From positions 1 through 37,634 of the forward strand of contig JACPUC010000023.1 of NCBI GenBank assembly GCA_016192455.1: DNA of 37,634 nucleotides, written 5' to 3'. This DNA is from Candidatus Tectimicrobiota bacterium (lineage in GTDB: Bacteria > JACPUC01). The position numbers were made by a program, and so were the translations under genes. Position 1 is the first letter of the stretch, and each line of letters starts with the position of its first letter. Below, piece after piece: positions 18,653-27,753 of this stretch. Below the pieces are notes generated by a model. That model saw nothing but the letters and a program-made list of their open reading frames with translations. It ran no database searches and was not told the DNA's origin.

Positions 18653-19690
18653 GTGAAGCTGGCCGACTTCGACTACTTCCTCCCTCCCGGCTTGATCGCC
18701 CAGCAGCCGCTGGAGCGCCGCGACGCCTCCCGCCTCCTCGTCGTGCACCGGCAGAGCGGTCGCCTCGAGCATCGTTCCTTCGAGGACTTCCCGAGCTACC
18801 CGGCGCCGGGCGACGCCGTGGTGGTCAACGACACCAAGGTGGTGCCGGTGCGCCTCCTTTGCCGGCGCTCGCCGGGAGGCGGACGGACCGAGCTCTTCCT
18901 CCTCTCGAAGGTGGCGCCGCACTGCTGGCGCGCCCTGGCCCGGCCGCGCGCCAGGCTGCGGCCCGGCACCGTGGTGCTCATCGGCGACTGGGTGACGGCG
19001 ACGATAGAGCGCCTGGAGGCCCAGACGGTGCTGGTGCGCTTCCCCGAGGAGGTTGACGTGCTGGAGGTGCTGGAACAATGGGGAAGGATGCCATTGCCGC
19101 CGTACGTCGGGCGCGACGAGCTTGACCCCGAGCAAGCGCGCCTCGACCGCGAGCGCTACCAGACGGTCTATGCCGCCTCACCCGGCTCGGTGGCGGCGCC
19201 CACGGCGGGGCTCCACTTCAGCCCGCGCCTCCTTCGGGCGCTGGACGAACGCGGGGTGAGCCTCTGCACCGTCACCCTGCACGTCGGCTACGGCACCTTT
19301 CAGCCGATCCGCAGCAGGCGGGTTGAGGACCACGCCATGCACGCCGAGCTGGCCGTGGTGCCGGCGCAGACGGTGGCGCGCCTGCGCGCCTGCCGCGCGC
19401 GCCGCGGCACGGTCTGGGTGGTGGGCACCACGACGGTGCGCGCCCTCGAAAGCGCCGGCCGGCAAGGCGATCTCTCCCCCTTTCGGGGCGCCACCGATCT
19501 CTTCATCTACCCCGGCCATCACTTCACCTGCACCGATCACCTGCTGACGAACTTCCACCTCCCCAGATCCTCGCTCTTCATCATGGTCTGCGCCTTCGCC
19601 GGACGGGAGCTCATGCTGCGCGCCTACCACGAAGCGATCGGCGAAAGGTATCGCTTCTACAGCTTCGGCGACGCCATGTTGATCATCTGA
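18653..19690 (+). CDS. queA: S-adenosylmethionine:tRNA ribosyltransferase-isomerase
   Basis: FDYFLPPGLIAQQP, NDTKV, PLPPY, YQTVYA, GSVAAPTAGLHF, TLHVGYGTFQP, TNFHLPRS, YRFYSFGDAMLI. Confidence 0.97.
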   Translation: MKLADFDYFLPPGLIAQQPLERRDASRLLVVHRQSGRLEHRSFEDFPSYPAPGDAVVVNDTKVVPVRLLCRRSPGGGRTELFLLSKVAPHCWRALARPRARLRPGTVVLIGDWVTATIERLEAQTVLVRFPEEVDVLEVLEQWGRMPLPPYVGRDELDPEQARLDRERYQTVYAASPGSVAAPTAGLHFSPRLLRALDERGVSLCTVTLHVGYGTFQPIRSRRVEDHAMHAELAVVPAQTVARLRACRARRGTVWVVGTTTVRALESAGRQGDLSPFRGATDLFIYPGHHFTCTDHLLTNFHLPRSSLFIMVCAFAGRELMLRAYHEAIGERYRFYSFGDAMLII

Positions 19691-19884
19691 CCCGGCAGCC
19701 GACACCGAGCGCGTCCAGACCCGCGGGGCGGCACTGCGGGCACACTCCCGCCGCCGGCCGGCGGCGTCGCCGCAACCGCAGGCGGGCGCGCAAACGCCCC
19801 CCTCACGCTGCCGAGGCCGGGCACGTGGAACGAACCGCGTCTCCATGGGCAAATGGGTAAAGAACGGCCGCTCGCGGAGGGAAC

Positions 19885-20190
19885 CTACCAGACGGTGTTC
19901 GGGCGCTCGGGTGTGGCGCTGTTGACCGCGTCCCGAAAGTACTTCCCCGATTTGAAGCGCACCACCTTGCGCGGTGGAATCTTGGCCTCTTCGCCGGTCT
20001 TCGGGTTGCGCCCGATGCGGGCGCCCTTGCGCGTGACGTAGAAGGAACCGAAGCGACGCAGGATGACGCCCTCCCCCTCGCCGAGAGTATGTTTGACGAG
20101 GGCGAGGATGCAGTCAACTGCTTCCTCAGCCTTCACCTGGGTAAGGCCAGCGGCTTCCGCCACGCGATTCACGATATCAATTTTGGTCAT
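19885..20190 (-). CDS. HU/IHF-family DNA-binding protein
   Basis: MTKIDIV..., FGSF, ARIGRNPKTGEEAKIPPRKVVRFKSG. Confidence 0.93.
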   Translation of the reverse strand: MTKIDIVNRVAEAAGLTQVKAEEAVDCILALVKHTLGEGEGVILRRFGSFYVTRKGARIGRNPKTGEEAKIPPRKVVRFKSGKYFRDAVNSATPERPNTVW

Positions 20191-20673
20191 AAAATCCCCT
20201 CGCCTGAAACCACGCGCCGCACGGCTCCGCCACTGGCTTGGACTACGCTGACCATCTGCAACTCGCGGGGAAGGTCCAATCTATCCGTATATCACATCCC
20301 CCCGACTAGGACAAGACTATTCGACGTTTTCCTTGACGACTTTTTGCCCTGCCGTTGCCCCCTTGGCGGCGTTGACCCTCCCCTTTCGGCGCTTCACCCT
20401 GCATGTCGGTTGGGTCGCCCAGAGAGATCGCTGAGATGCAGGAGTAGCATCAAGTAGGTAAACACATTGCTTCATTGTTTCCGCCGCTAACTGGTCCTGG
20501 CGGGAAGCAAGTTCGCGGCGCTGTGCCGTTCCGCCCGCCGCCCGCCCCGGCCTCTCTCCAACTGGGAGAAACACGGGGTAGAGAAAGGCGGGCGCGGAAA
20601 GGGGATCAGCCGCCGAACGCGCAGCTTTCCCGGCGGCGGCGATAGTCAGTCCCTCCCGTCGCCGCGGCAGGTG

Positions 20674-23196
20674 CTACGCACTGAGCTTGCCGGACGGCGC
20701 GCGCGGGGCCGCCGGCTCCTCCCCCATCTGTTCCTCGGCAAGCAGTGTGGCGCCCAGCATCCCGGCATAGACCTCCTCGTAGCGCCGGGTTAAGCGCTCG
20801 TAGTCATAGTGTGCGGCCACGAAGGCGCGGGCCCGCGCCGCCAGGTCCCGGCAGGCCCGCGGATCGCCGAGGGCGGCAAGGAGACGATCGGCCATGGACC
20901 GCGGCCCATCGGCCAGCCACACCTCGCGCCCATCCGCGACACCCAGGCCCTCGCAGGCGACCGAAGTTGCGACCACCGGAATCCCGCGCGCCATCGCTTC
21001 GAGGATTTTCAGGCGCGTTCCCGATCCCCGGCGCAGGGGCGCCACGAAGACCGCGCAGCCTTCGTAGAACGGCGCCAGGTCCTCGACGTAGCCGTGCACG
21101 GTGATGCCGTCGAGCTGTCCCAGGCGCTGCACCGCGGGGGGCGGCGCCGCCCCGACCACCTCGAGGCGCACCTGCGAATCCCGCCCGCGGAGCAGCGGCC
21201 AGACCCGCCGGGCGAAGTGCAGGATGCCCTCGACGTTCGGCGGATGGGGAAAGTAGCCGACGAAGAGGAGGCGCGGCGGCGGCGCGGGGGAGCGGCGCAT
21301 CGGCTGATCGGCCAGGCTGACGCCGTTGGGAACCACCGAGACCGGCGGCAGGCGCGCCTCGTAGCGGCGCAGCAGCGCGGCGTCCTCCGCCGACATGGTG
21401 ACGAGGTGGTCGAAGCGCCGGCAGATCTCCAGCTCCGCCCGGAAGGTGGCGGCCGCATCGAGGAGATGCTTGGGCGCTCTGCAGGTGCGCCAGGAGGTGA
21501 GGAACCGCCGCCACAGGGTGACGAAGGAGATGTCGATCTCCACCAGCAGGGTGCGCGCCGGCGGGCTGATGTAGGGGGCGTAGATGCCCATGCAGGTGTA
21601 CTCGCACTGCGCCACGTCGTAGCGCAGGCAGCTCTGCGCCATGCGGATCGCCTCAACCATCTGCAGGTCGAAGTAGGCGGCAAAGGGATGCAGGTTCCAG
21701 ACGTCGCCCTGGAAGCTCTGCCGGCGCAGGATCAGCTCGACGTGCTCGCAGAAGGGGGTCAGGGCGCCGCGCGCAGCGCGCTCTTCCTCCCGCTCGATGA
21801 AACTGAGGAGCGTGATGCGGTAGCCGCGCCGCGCCAGGCAGCGGATGTAGTGGTACATCCTGACGGCGCCGCCGTGGCGCAACGGGTAGGGGAAGTGCGG
21901 CGTCAGGATGAGGAGGCGCGGGCCACGGCGCTGAGGGCGGGCGGCGCGCGCCGCCTGAGCAAGCGCGGCGCTCGAGGGCGCGGCGGCCCCCGGCCCGTTG
22001 GCGCCGCGGGCCGGCAGCGTGCTCCTCGCCAGGATGTTCGCGTCGGCGAGGCGGGGGAGGCGGGCGGCGGCAAGCCGGCGCGCCAGCACCGCGCCGATCC
22101 GGGGGAGGGCCTGACGGCTTCCACGGAGGTGGGCCAGGAGGGCGAGTCGGCTCGGTTCGCCGCCGAACGGCAGGCGCAGGAGGAAGAGGAGGAGGTGCCG
22201 CCAGGCGCGCACGTTCCGCAGCACGAAGAGCTGCCGGTTCCGCGCCACGATGGCGGCGATCGCCGCCGGCGCGTAGAGCCGTCCGATGGTGCCGCGATGC
22301 TGGTGCTCCACAGCGCTCTGCGTTGCAAAGCGGACCTGCCAGCCGCGCTGCCAGGCGCGATAGGAGAGATCGACATCCTCGAAGTAGAAGGGTGCGTACA
22401 GCCGGTCGAAGCCGCCGAGCTGCTGAAAGGCGGCGCGGCTGAAGAGAGATGAGCCGCCGCCGGCATACAAGCAGGGGAGGGAGGGAGGGAACTCGGCGGC
22501 CAGGCGCTCGTCGAGGAGCCGCCGGTGCCAGAGATCAAAGCGGCCATGCGCCAGCCGCCCCACCGTGAGGCCGCTCTCCATGCCCTGCTTGGCGGGGTCC
22601 GTCATCAGGATGCGCGCCGTGACGGCCGCCACGGCGGGCGCCTCGAACCCGGCGCAGAGCGGGGAGAGAAATTCCTCGTCCACCACCATGTCGTTGTTCA
22701 GGAAGAGGAGGTGCGAGCCGCGCGCCGCGGCCGCGCCCGCGTTGCAGCCGCCGATGAAGCCGAGGTTCCGCCGCTGCCGCAGCAGGCGCACCTCGGGCCA
22801 GTCGCGGACCAGGAACTCCGCCGTGCCATCGGTGCTGCCGTTATCAACGACGATGATCTCGTGCTCGACGGGCTGGCGCGCCAGGGCGCGCCGTAGGGGC
22901 GGCAGGCAGCGAGCCAGCAGCTCCCTGCCGTCGAAGGAGGGGATGACGACGCTCACAAACCGTGGCGTGCCGGCATCCCGCCGCTCCGTGCGTGGTGGCG
23001 GCGCCAGGCGGCGCAGCACCCATCCCAGCAGGTCGGTTGCCGCCAGACCGATGCCCCAGAGCGCGCCGCAGACGATTCCTTGGGCGAAGCAGGCGAGGCG
23101 CAGCGCCGTCATCTCCAGCACGTGGCGCAGCAGGTGCAGCGTCATACGCCGGGGCGGCTGCTCATGCTGCGGTTGGGGCGAATCACTGGAGATCAT
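20674..23196 (-). CDS. Fused glycosyltransferase: N-terminal GT2 (GT-A) plus C-terminal GT4 (GT-B)
   Basis: GT2 motifs VSVVIPSF, IVVDNGSTDGT, NLGFIGGCNAG, FLNNDM, YFEDVDLSYRA. GT4 motifs PYPLRHGGAVR, VVPNGV, FVGYFPHPPNVEG, GSGTRLKILEAMARGIPVV. Start uncertain (23196 or 23145). Confidence 0.88.
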   Translation of the reverse strand: MISSDSPQPQHEQPPRRMTLHLLRHVLEMTALRLACFAQGIVCGALWGIGLAATDLLGWVLRRLAPPPRTERRDAGTPRFVSVVIPSFDGRELLARCLPPLRRALARQPVEHEIIVVDNGSTDGTAEFLVRDWPEVRLLRQRRNLGFIGGCNAGAAAARGSHLLFLNNDMVVDEEFLSPLCAGFEAPAVAAVTARILMTDPAKQGMESGLTVGRLAHGRFDLWHRRLLDERLAAEFPPSLPCLYAGGGSSLFSRAAFQQLGGFDRLYAPFYFEDVDLSYRAWQRGWQVRFATQSAVEHQHRGTIGRLYAPAAIAAIVARNRQLFVLRNVRAWRHLLLFLLRLPFGGEPSRLALLAHLRGSRQALPRIGAVLARRLAAARLPRLADANILARSTLPARGANGPGAAAPSSAALAQAARAARPQRRGPRLLILTPHFPYPLRHGGAVRMYHYIRCLARRGYRITLLSFIEREEERAARGALTPFCEHVELILRRQSFQGDVWNLHPFAAYFDLQMVEAIRMAQSCLRYDVAQCEYTCMGIYAPYISPPARTLLVEIDISFVTLWRRFLTSWRTCRAPKHLLDAAATFRAELEICRRFDHLVTMSAEDAALLRRYEARLPPVSVVPNGVSLADQPMRRSPAPPPRLLFVGYFPHPPNVEGILHFARRVWPLLRGRDSQVRLEVVGAAPPPAVQRLGQLDGITVHGYVEDLAPFYEGCAVFVAPLRRGSGTRLKILEAMARGIPVVATSVACEGLGVADGREVWLADGPRSMADRLLAALGDPRACRDLAARARAFVAAHYDYERLTRRYEEVYAGMLGATLLAEEQMGEEPAAPRAPSGKLSA

Positions 23197-23267
23197 CGCG
23201 TGTGGACTCGTGCAGCTCCGGGCATTCCCAATTCTGACCCTAATGTTCCAGCTCCCGCGTCCCGCCC

Positions 23268-24059
23268 CTACGGCTTCACGTAGGGGTTCGTCCGCTGGCA
23301 ATGGGGGCAGGTCCAGACGCCTGAGCCGGCTGCCGCGTCGAAGGCCTCAGGGAGCACCGACCCGCCGCCGCAATGCGAGCAACAGTGGGTGACGCGGCGC
23401 CAGCCGCGGCGGCTCTCGCGGCGGAAGAGGAGGATATAGTTGTTGCGCGCCAGCAGGTTCTTTCCCAGGATCATTCGCACGGCCCGCAGGAAGCGATAGA
23501 TGCTTTGGCGCAAGTGCGGCCAGCCGCGCAGGTAGGTGTAGCCCCCGGGCCAGTCCGCGTAGGCAAGGAGCTTGAGCCCGGTGACCCGGTACACCTCGCG
23601 CAGGAACGATTCCAGGCTGTAGCGCTGCAGATGCCCGCCCTGCTGCTGGAAAAGATGCCGGTAGATGCGGTCTTCGAGGCTCGTGGCGCGCGGGATGGAG
23701 ACGTAGAAGAGGCCGCCCGGCCGCAGGACACGCTCGGCCTGCTCGAGGCAGGGCCGCGGGTTGCGCACGTGCTCGTAGACGAAGTTGGCGATCACCAGAT
23801 CGAAGGAGGCGTCCGCGAAGGGGAGGTCCTCGATCGTCCCCTGCTTGAAGGTCACGTGGGCAGGGAATTCCGTCGCATTAACCAGCGGGTGTTGATCATA
23901 GGCGACGATGCGCAGCTTCTCGTACCGGTAGGGGAAACTGCCGCTGCCGCAGCCGAGGTCGAGCACGCGCGCGCCGTCCGGCAGCTCCGCCAGGAGCTCA
24001 TCCATGAACAGCGGCGCCTCGTCGGGCTCTCTCTGGGGGGGCTGGGCATTGGCAGCCAT
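23268..24059 (-). CDS. Class I SAM-dependent methyltransferase with C-terminal Zn-ribbon
   Basis: VLDLGCGSG, LPFADASFDLVIA, EHV, RVLRPGG; C-terminal CSHC-x17-CPHC. Start uncertain. Confidence 0.85.
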   Translation of the reverse strand: MAANAQPPQREPDEAPLFMDELLAELPDGARVLDLGCGSGSFPYRYEKLRIVAYDQHPLVNATEFPAHVTFKQGTIEDLPFADASFDLVIANFVYEHVRNPRPCLEQAERVLRPGGLFYVSIPRATSLEDRIYRHLFQQQGGHLQRYSLESFLREVYRVTGLKLLAYADWPGGYTYLRGWPHLRQSIYRFLRAVRMILGKNLLARNNYILLFRRESRRGWRRVTHCCSHCGGGSVLPEAFDAAAGSGVWTCPHCQRTNPYVKP

Positions 24060-24455
24060 GGCAACAAGGGACCCTCGGCGCGCCGCGCCTGCGGTGGAGA
24101 GGCGCGCCTGCTCCGCGCGGCAACCGGCCGCGCCGAGGCCGCGGCCCCTTGGGGAGGGTAGGCCGGCGCTGCCTCCGCAAGCGGTACGCTGCGCCGCGCC
24201 AGGCAAACTCCAGGAGCACACTCCTCTCCCGTCGATCGAGACTTCCTCGATGGCGCCAGTGTAGCAGGTTCGTCCGGGGCGCGAAACCGGCAGTCTTGCT
24301 GCAAAGCGTGACGGATCGGCCGGCTGCGCTCCAGGGTCCATGGGGCCGCATGCTGCCCTTCCACGGCCTTGACTTGCCCTCGACTCCAGGCTCTCCTGCC
24401 GCCCAGCCGCGGCCTGGCCATTCCGCTAACCCCCTGAGCTTTGAAGGGGTTCAAA

Positions 24456-24535
24456 AAAGGACAAATTTCGTCTAATTTACCATTGACAGGCCACCGACCG
24501 CCCCTTATATTCAAACAAGACAAGAGAGGTCTTCT
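24456..24535 (+). promoter_or_regulatory. isc operon promoter with two GAC-N7-GTC operators
   Basis: TTGACA (24483-24488)-17bp-TATATT (24506-24511); GAC-aaatttc-GTC (24460-24472) and GAC-aagagag-GTC (24519-24531), each with AT-rich flanks. Confidence 0.7.
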
Positions 24536-24552
24536 TTCAGAGGAAGTGATCT

Positions 24553-25044
24553 ATGCGTCTGACGCGAGAAACGGAATACGCGCTGATGGGGCTGTTATTC
24601 CTCAGCCGCAAGCATCCCGTTGACGGCGCCATGCTGCGCGAGATCGCGGATGCCTGGGGCCTGCCGGACAAGTTTCTGGCGAAGATTTTCCAGAAGCTCA
24701 CCCGCGCCGGCATTCTGGTTTCGCAGCGCGGCGTGCAGGGGGGCTTCAAGCTGGCCCGGCCGGCGAGCGAGATCAGCCTCAACCACGTTATCGAGGCCGT
24801 CGAAGGCCCCATGCTGATCAACTGGTGCCTGAACGACGAGAATGCCTGCTGCCAGTTCCACCTCTGCGGCCTGCAAGCCGTGTTGAACAAGGCGCAGGAG
24901 CGTATCCGCGACGTCTTCAAGGAAGCCACCCTCGCCGACATGTCGGAAGGCACGGTGCTGCACGAGATTCAGACCGTGAACTTCCAGAACCTGCAGCCCG
25001 GCAAGGGGCGGCCGGAAGAGCTGGCGCCGCAGAGCGTCGCGTGA
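24553..25044 (+). CDS. Rrf2-family transcriptional regulator heading the isc operon (IscR position)
   Basis: MRLTRETEYAL, LAKIFQKL, SQRGVQGGFKLARPASEISL..VIEAVEG; Cys cluster CLNDENACCQFHLC. Confidence 0.9.
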   Translation: MRLTRETEYALMGLLFLSRKHPVDGAMLREIADAWGLPDKFLAKIFQKLTRAGILVSQRGVQGGFKLARPASEISLNHVIEAVEGPMLINWCLNDENACCQFHLCGLQAVLNKAQERIRDVFKEATLADMSEGTVLHEIQTVNFQNLQPGKGRPEELAPQSVA

Positions 25045-25219
25045 GGCGCCAGGCAGCGAGATAGACGATACGAGGCAGGGGCGCGACGTCGTCGAGCTGA
25101 CGCGCCGCGCCGGAGAACGAGCGCTCATCCGCCGCCGCGGCGAGAGGAGCGGGCCACCCTGGAGAAGCGTCGAAGCAGGCAGCGCGGCGCCGCGCTAGGA
25201 GCCTGGGAGTAGAAGCGCG

Positions 25220-26434
25220 ATGAAGCTTCCGATCTACATGGATTATCATGCCACCACCCCTGTTGACCCGCGGGTTGTGGAGGCGATGTTGCCCTACTTC
25301 ACGGAGTACTTCGGCAATGCCGCCAGTCGCAACCACCCGTTCGGCTGGAAGGCGGAAGAGGCGGTGGAGACGGCGCGGCAGCAGATTGCCCGCATCATCA
25401 ACGCCGACGCCAAGGAGATCATCTTCACCAGCGGCGCGACCGAGTCCGATAACCTGGCCCTGAAGGGCGTGGCCGACATGTACCGCGAGAAGGGGAATCA
25501 CCTCATCACCGCGGTGACGGAGCATAAAGCCATCCTCGACTCCGCCAAACGGTTGGAGAAGTGGGGCTTCGAGGTCACCTATCTGCCGGTGCGAGCGGAC
25601 GGCATCGTCGACCCGGCGGATGTCGAAAAGGCGATCACCGAGAAGACGATCCTGGTTTCCATCATGCTTGCCAACAACGAGATCGGCACCATCAATCCGC
25701 TTGCCGAGATCGGCGCGATCACCCGCAAGCATGACGTCCTCCTGCATACCGATGCGGTGCAGGGGATCGGCAAGGCGCCGGTGGACGTGGAGGCGATGAA
25801 CATTGACCTCCTCTCCATGACGGCGCACAAGATTTACGGCCCGAAAGGGATCGGCGCCCTCTACGTGCGGCGGCGCAAGCCCCGCGTGCGCCTGACGCCG
25901 ATCATCGACGGCGGCGGCCATGAGCGCGGCATGCGCTCGGGAACCCTCAATGTGCCGGGGATCGTCGGCTTCGGCAAGGCCTGCGAGCTCTGCCAGCAGG
26001 AGTTCGAGGTGGAGACCGCCCGCCTGCGCCGCTTGAGCGCCAGGCTGCGCGACGGCATCCTGAGCCAGCTCGACGACGTGCACCTGAACGGCCATGCGGA
26101 GAAGCGGCTGCCGAACAACACCAACCTCAGCTTCGCCTACGTGGAGGGCGAGTCGCTCCTCATGGGGTTGAGCGACGTGGCGCTGTCGTCAGGCTCGGCC
26201 TGCACCTCGGCGTCGCTCGAGCCCTCTTATGTGCTGAAGGCGCTGGGAGTCGGCGAGGACCTGGCGCACTCGTCGATCCGCTTCGGCCTCGGTCGCTTCA
26301 GCACCGAGGAGGAGGTGGATTACGTCATCGAAAAGGTGGTCTACCACGTCAACCGCCTGCGGGAGATGTCGCCCCTCTATGAGATGGTGAAGGAAGGCAT
26401 CGACCTGAAGAGCGTGCAGTGGACGGCCCGCTAG
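25220..26434 (+). CDS. iscS: Cysteine desulfurase
   Basis: [23 protein letters not shown] lysine in [10 protein letters not shown], catalytic SSGSACTS, C-terminal [10 protein letters not shown]. Confidence 0.97.
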   Translation: MKLPIYMDYHATTPVDPRVVEAMLPYFTEYFGNAASRNHPFGWKAEEAVETARQQIARIINADAKEIIFTSGATESDNLALKGVADMYREKGNHLITAVTEHKAILDSAKRLEKWGFEVTYLPVRADGIVDPADVEKAITEKTILVSIMLANNEIGTINPLAEIGAITRKHDVLLHTDAVQGIGKAPVDVEAMNIDLLSMTAHKIYGPKGIGALYVRRRKPRVRLTPIIDGGGHERGMRSGTLNVPGIVGFGKACELCQQEFEVETARLRRLSARLRDGILSQLDDVHLNGHAEKRLPNNTNLSFAYVEGESLLMGLSDVALSSGSACTSASLEPSYVLKALGVGEDLAHSSIRFGLGRFSTEEEVDYVIEKVVYHVNRLREMSPLYEMVKEGIDLKSVQWTAR

Positions 26435-26564
26435 ATCACCCGAGCAGCGTTCGACACCTCCCCTCCCGTAGGGTGTGAGAGATAGACCTTGTGGCGGTTG
26501 AGAAAGCTGCCTAGACTGTCACTGAGGGAGGGCGGCAGGCAGGTGGATTGACGGAGGGACCCTG

Positions 26565-26978
26565 ATGGCGTATAGTGAGAAAGTCATCGACCACTACAAT
26601 AACCCCCGCAACATGGGGAGCTTGGAAAAAGAGCGTCTCGATGTGGGGACGGGCATCGTCGGCGCGCCGGAATGCGGCGACGTGATGAAGTTGCAGATCA
26701 AGGTGAACGACCAGAACATCATCGAAGACGCCCGCTTCAAGACCTTCGGCTGCGGCAGCGCCATTGCCAGCTCCAGCCTGGCGACGGAGTGGGTGAAAGG
26801 GAAGACGCTCGACGAAGCGTTGACCCTGAAAAACACCGATATCGTCAACGAACTGAATCTGCCGCCGGTGAAGATTCACTGCTCGGTGCTGGCGGAGGAT
26901 GCGATCAAGGCGGCGATCTCCGACTACCAGCGCAAGCGCAACGGCGCGGCCAGCCAAGCCGGCGGCCACACCACGTAA
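26565..26978 (+). CDS. iscU: Fe-S cluster scaffold
   Basis: MAYSEKVIDHY, GAPECGDVM, FKTFGCGSAIASSS, HscA-binding LPPVK, IHCSVLAEDAIKAA. Confidence 0.97.
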   Translation: MAYSEKVIDHYNNPRNMGSLEKERLDVGTGIVGAPECGDVMKLQIKVNDQNIIEDARFKTFGCGSAIASSSLATEWVKGKTLDEALTLKNTDIVNELNLPPVKIHCSVLAEDAIKAAISDYQRKRNGAASQAGGHTT

Positions 26979-27123
26979 GGCCCCGGCGGGAAACACCCAG
27001 GAGGGATTCCCAACCAGCGCGTGTGACGTCCGATGCGTGCCTTCTGCGCCGCGGAGCGGGCATGCCATCGACACGATAGAGTAAGGTGGTCAATCGACGT
27101 GGATCGAGAGAAGGAGGGACTCG

Positions 27124-27447
27124 ATGATTTCTGTTACGGAGAAGGCTGTGACTGCGGTGAAGAAGATCATCCAGGAGCAGAATAACCCCGAACTGAAGCT
27201 GCGCATGGGGGTCAAGGGGGGTGGCTGCTCGGGGCTCTCCTACACCCTGAATCTCGATACCAAGGCCGATGCGAAAGACAAGGCGTTCGAGTTTGATGGC
27301 CTGACGGTGGTGGTCGATCCGAAGAGCTTGCTCTTTCTCAACGGCACCACCTTGGATTACGTCGATGACGTCATGGGTGGAGGGTTCAAGTTCGAGAACC
27401 CGAGCGCGAAGACCACGTGCGGCTGTGGAAGCTCGTTCGCGGCATAG
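27124..27447 (+). CDS. iscA: A-type Fe-S carrier
   Basis: GVKGGGCSGLSY, VDPKS, FKFENP, CGCGSSF. Confidence 0.95.
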   Translation: MISVTEKAVTAVKKIIQEQNNPELKLRMGVKGGGCSGLSYTLNLDTKADAKDKAFEFDGLTVVVDPKSLLFLNGTTLDYVDDVMGGGFKFENPSAKTTCGCGSSFAA

Positions 27448-27753
27448 GGTCCCGGCCCCGCCGGGTGGTTCGCCTCTTCTCTCCTCCCTCCCTATTTCCC
27501 CACATCCCGCTGCAGCGTGGCTGGGGGCGCCAAGGCGGCGCCCCCATGCGAGGGGTGAAGTGTGCCGATGCCGGGGCTGGGAGCAGCCGAGCGCCAGGGG
27601 ACGAGGTCGGCGGGAACGCCGGCGGCGCGCAGCCGATGACCGGCTCCGAGGGGGCGCAGGGCGACATGGAGATGGCAAGGTCAGTCGATCACAGGTTTGA
27701 GGAAGCCCGTCAGAGGCATGCCGCGCACGGGCGCAGCTCATGAGATAACGATC

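Noticed and set aside
16703..19135. 810-aa minus-strand ORF and similar long shadow ORFs (20809..22452, 33301..35301, 24917..26095)
   Set aside because: Antisense to well-supported genes; explained by stop-codon scarcity at high GC.
19822..19832. CACGTGGAAC resembling a parS site
   Set aside because: Only one half matches the 16-bp TGTTTCACGTGAAACA palindrome; no parAB nearby.
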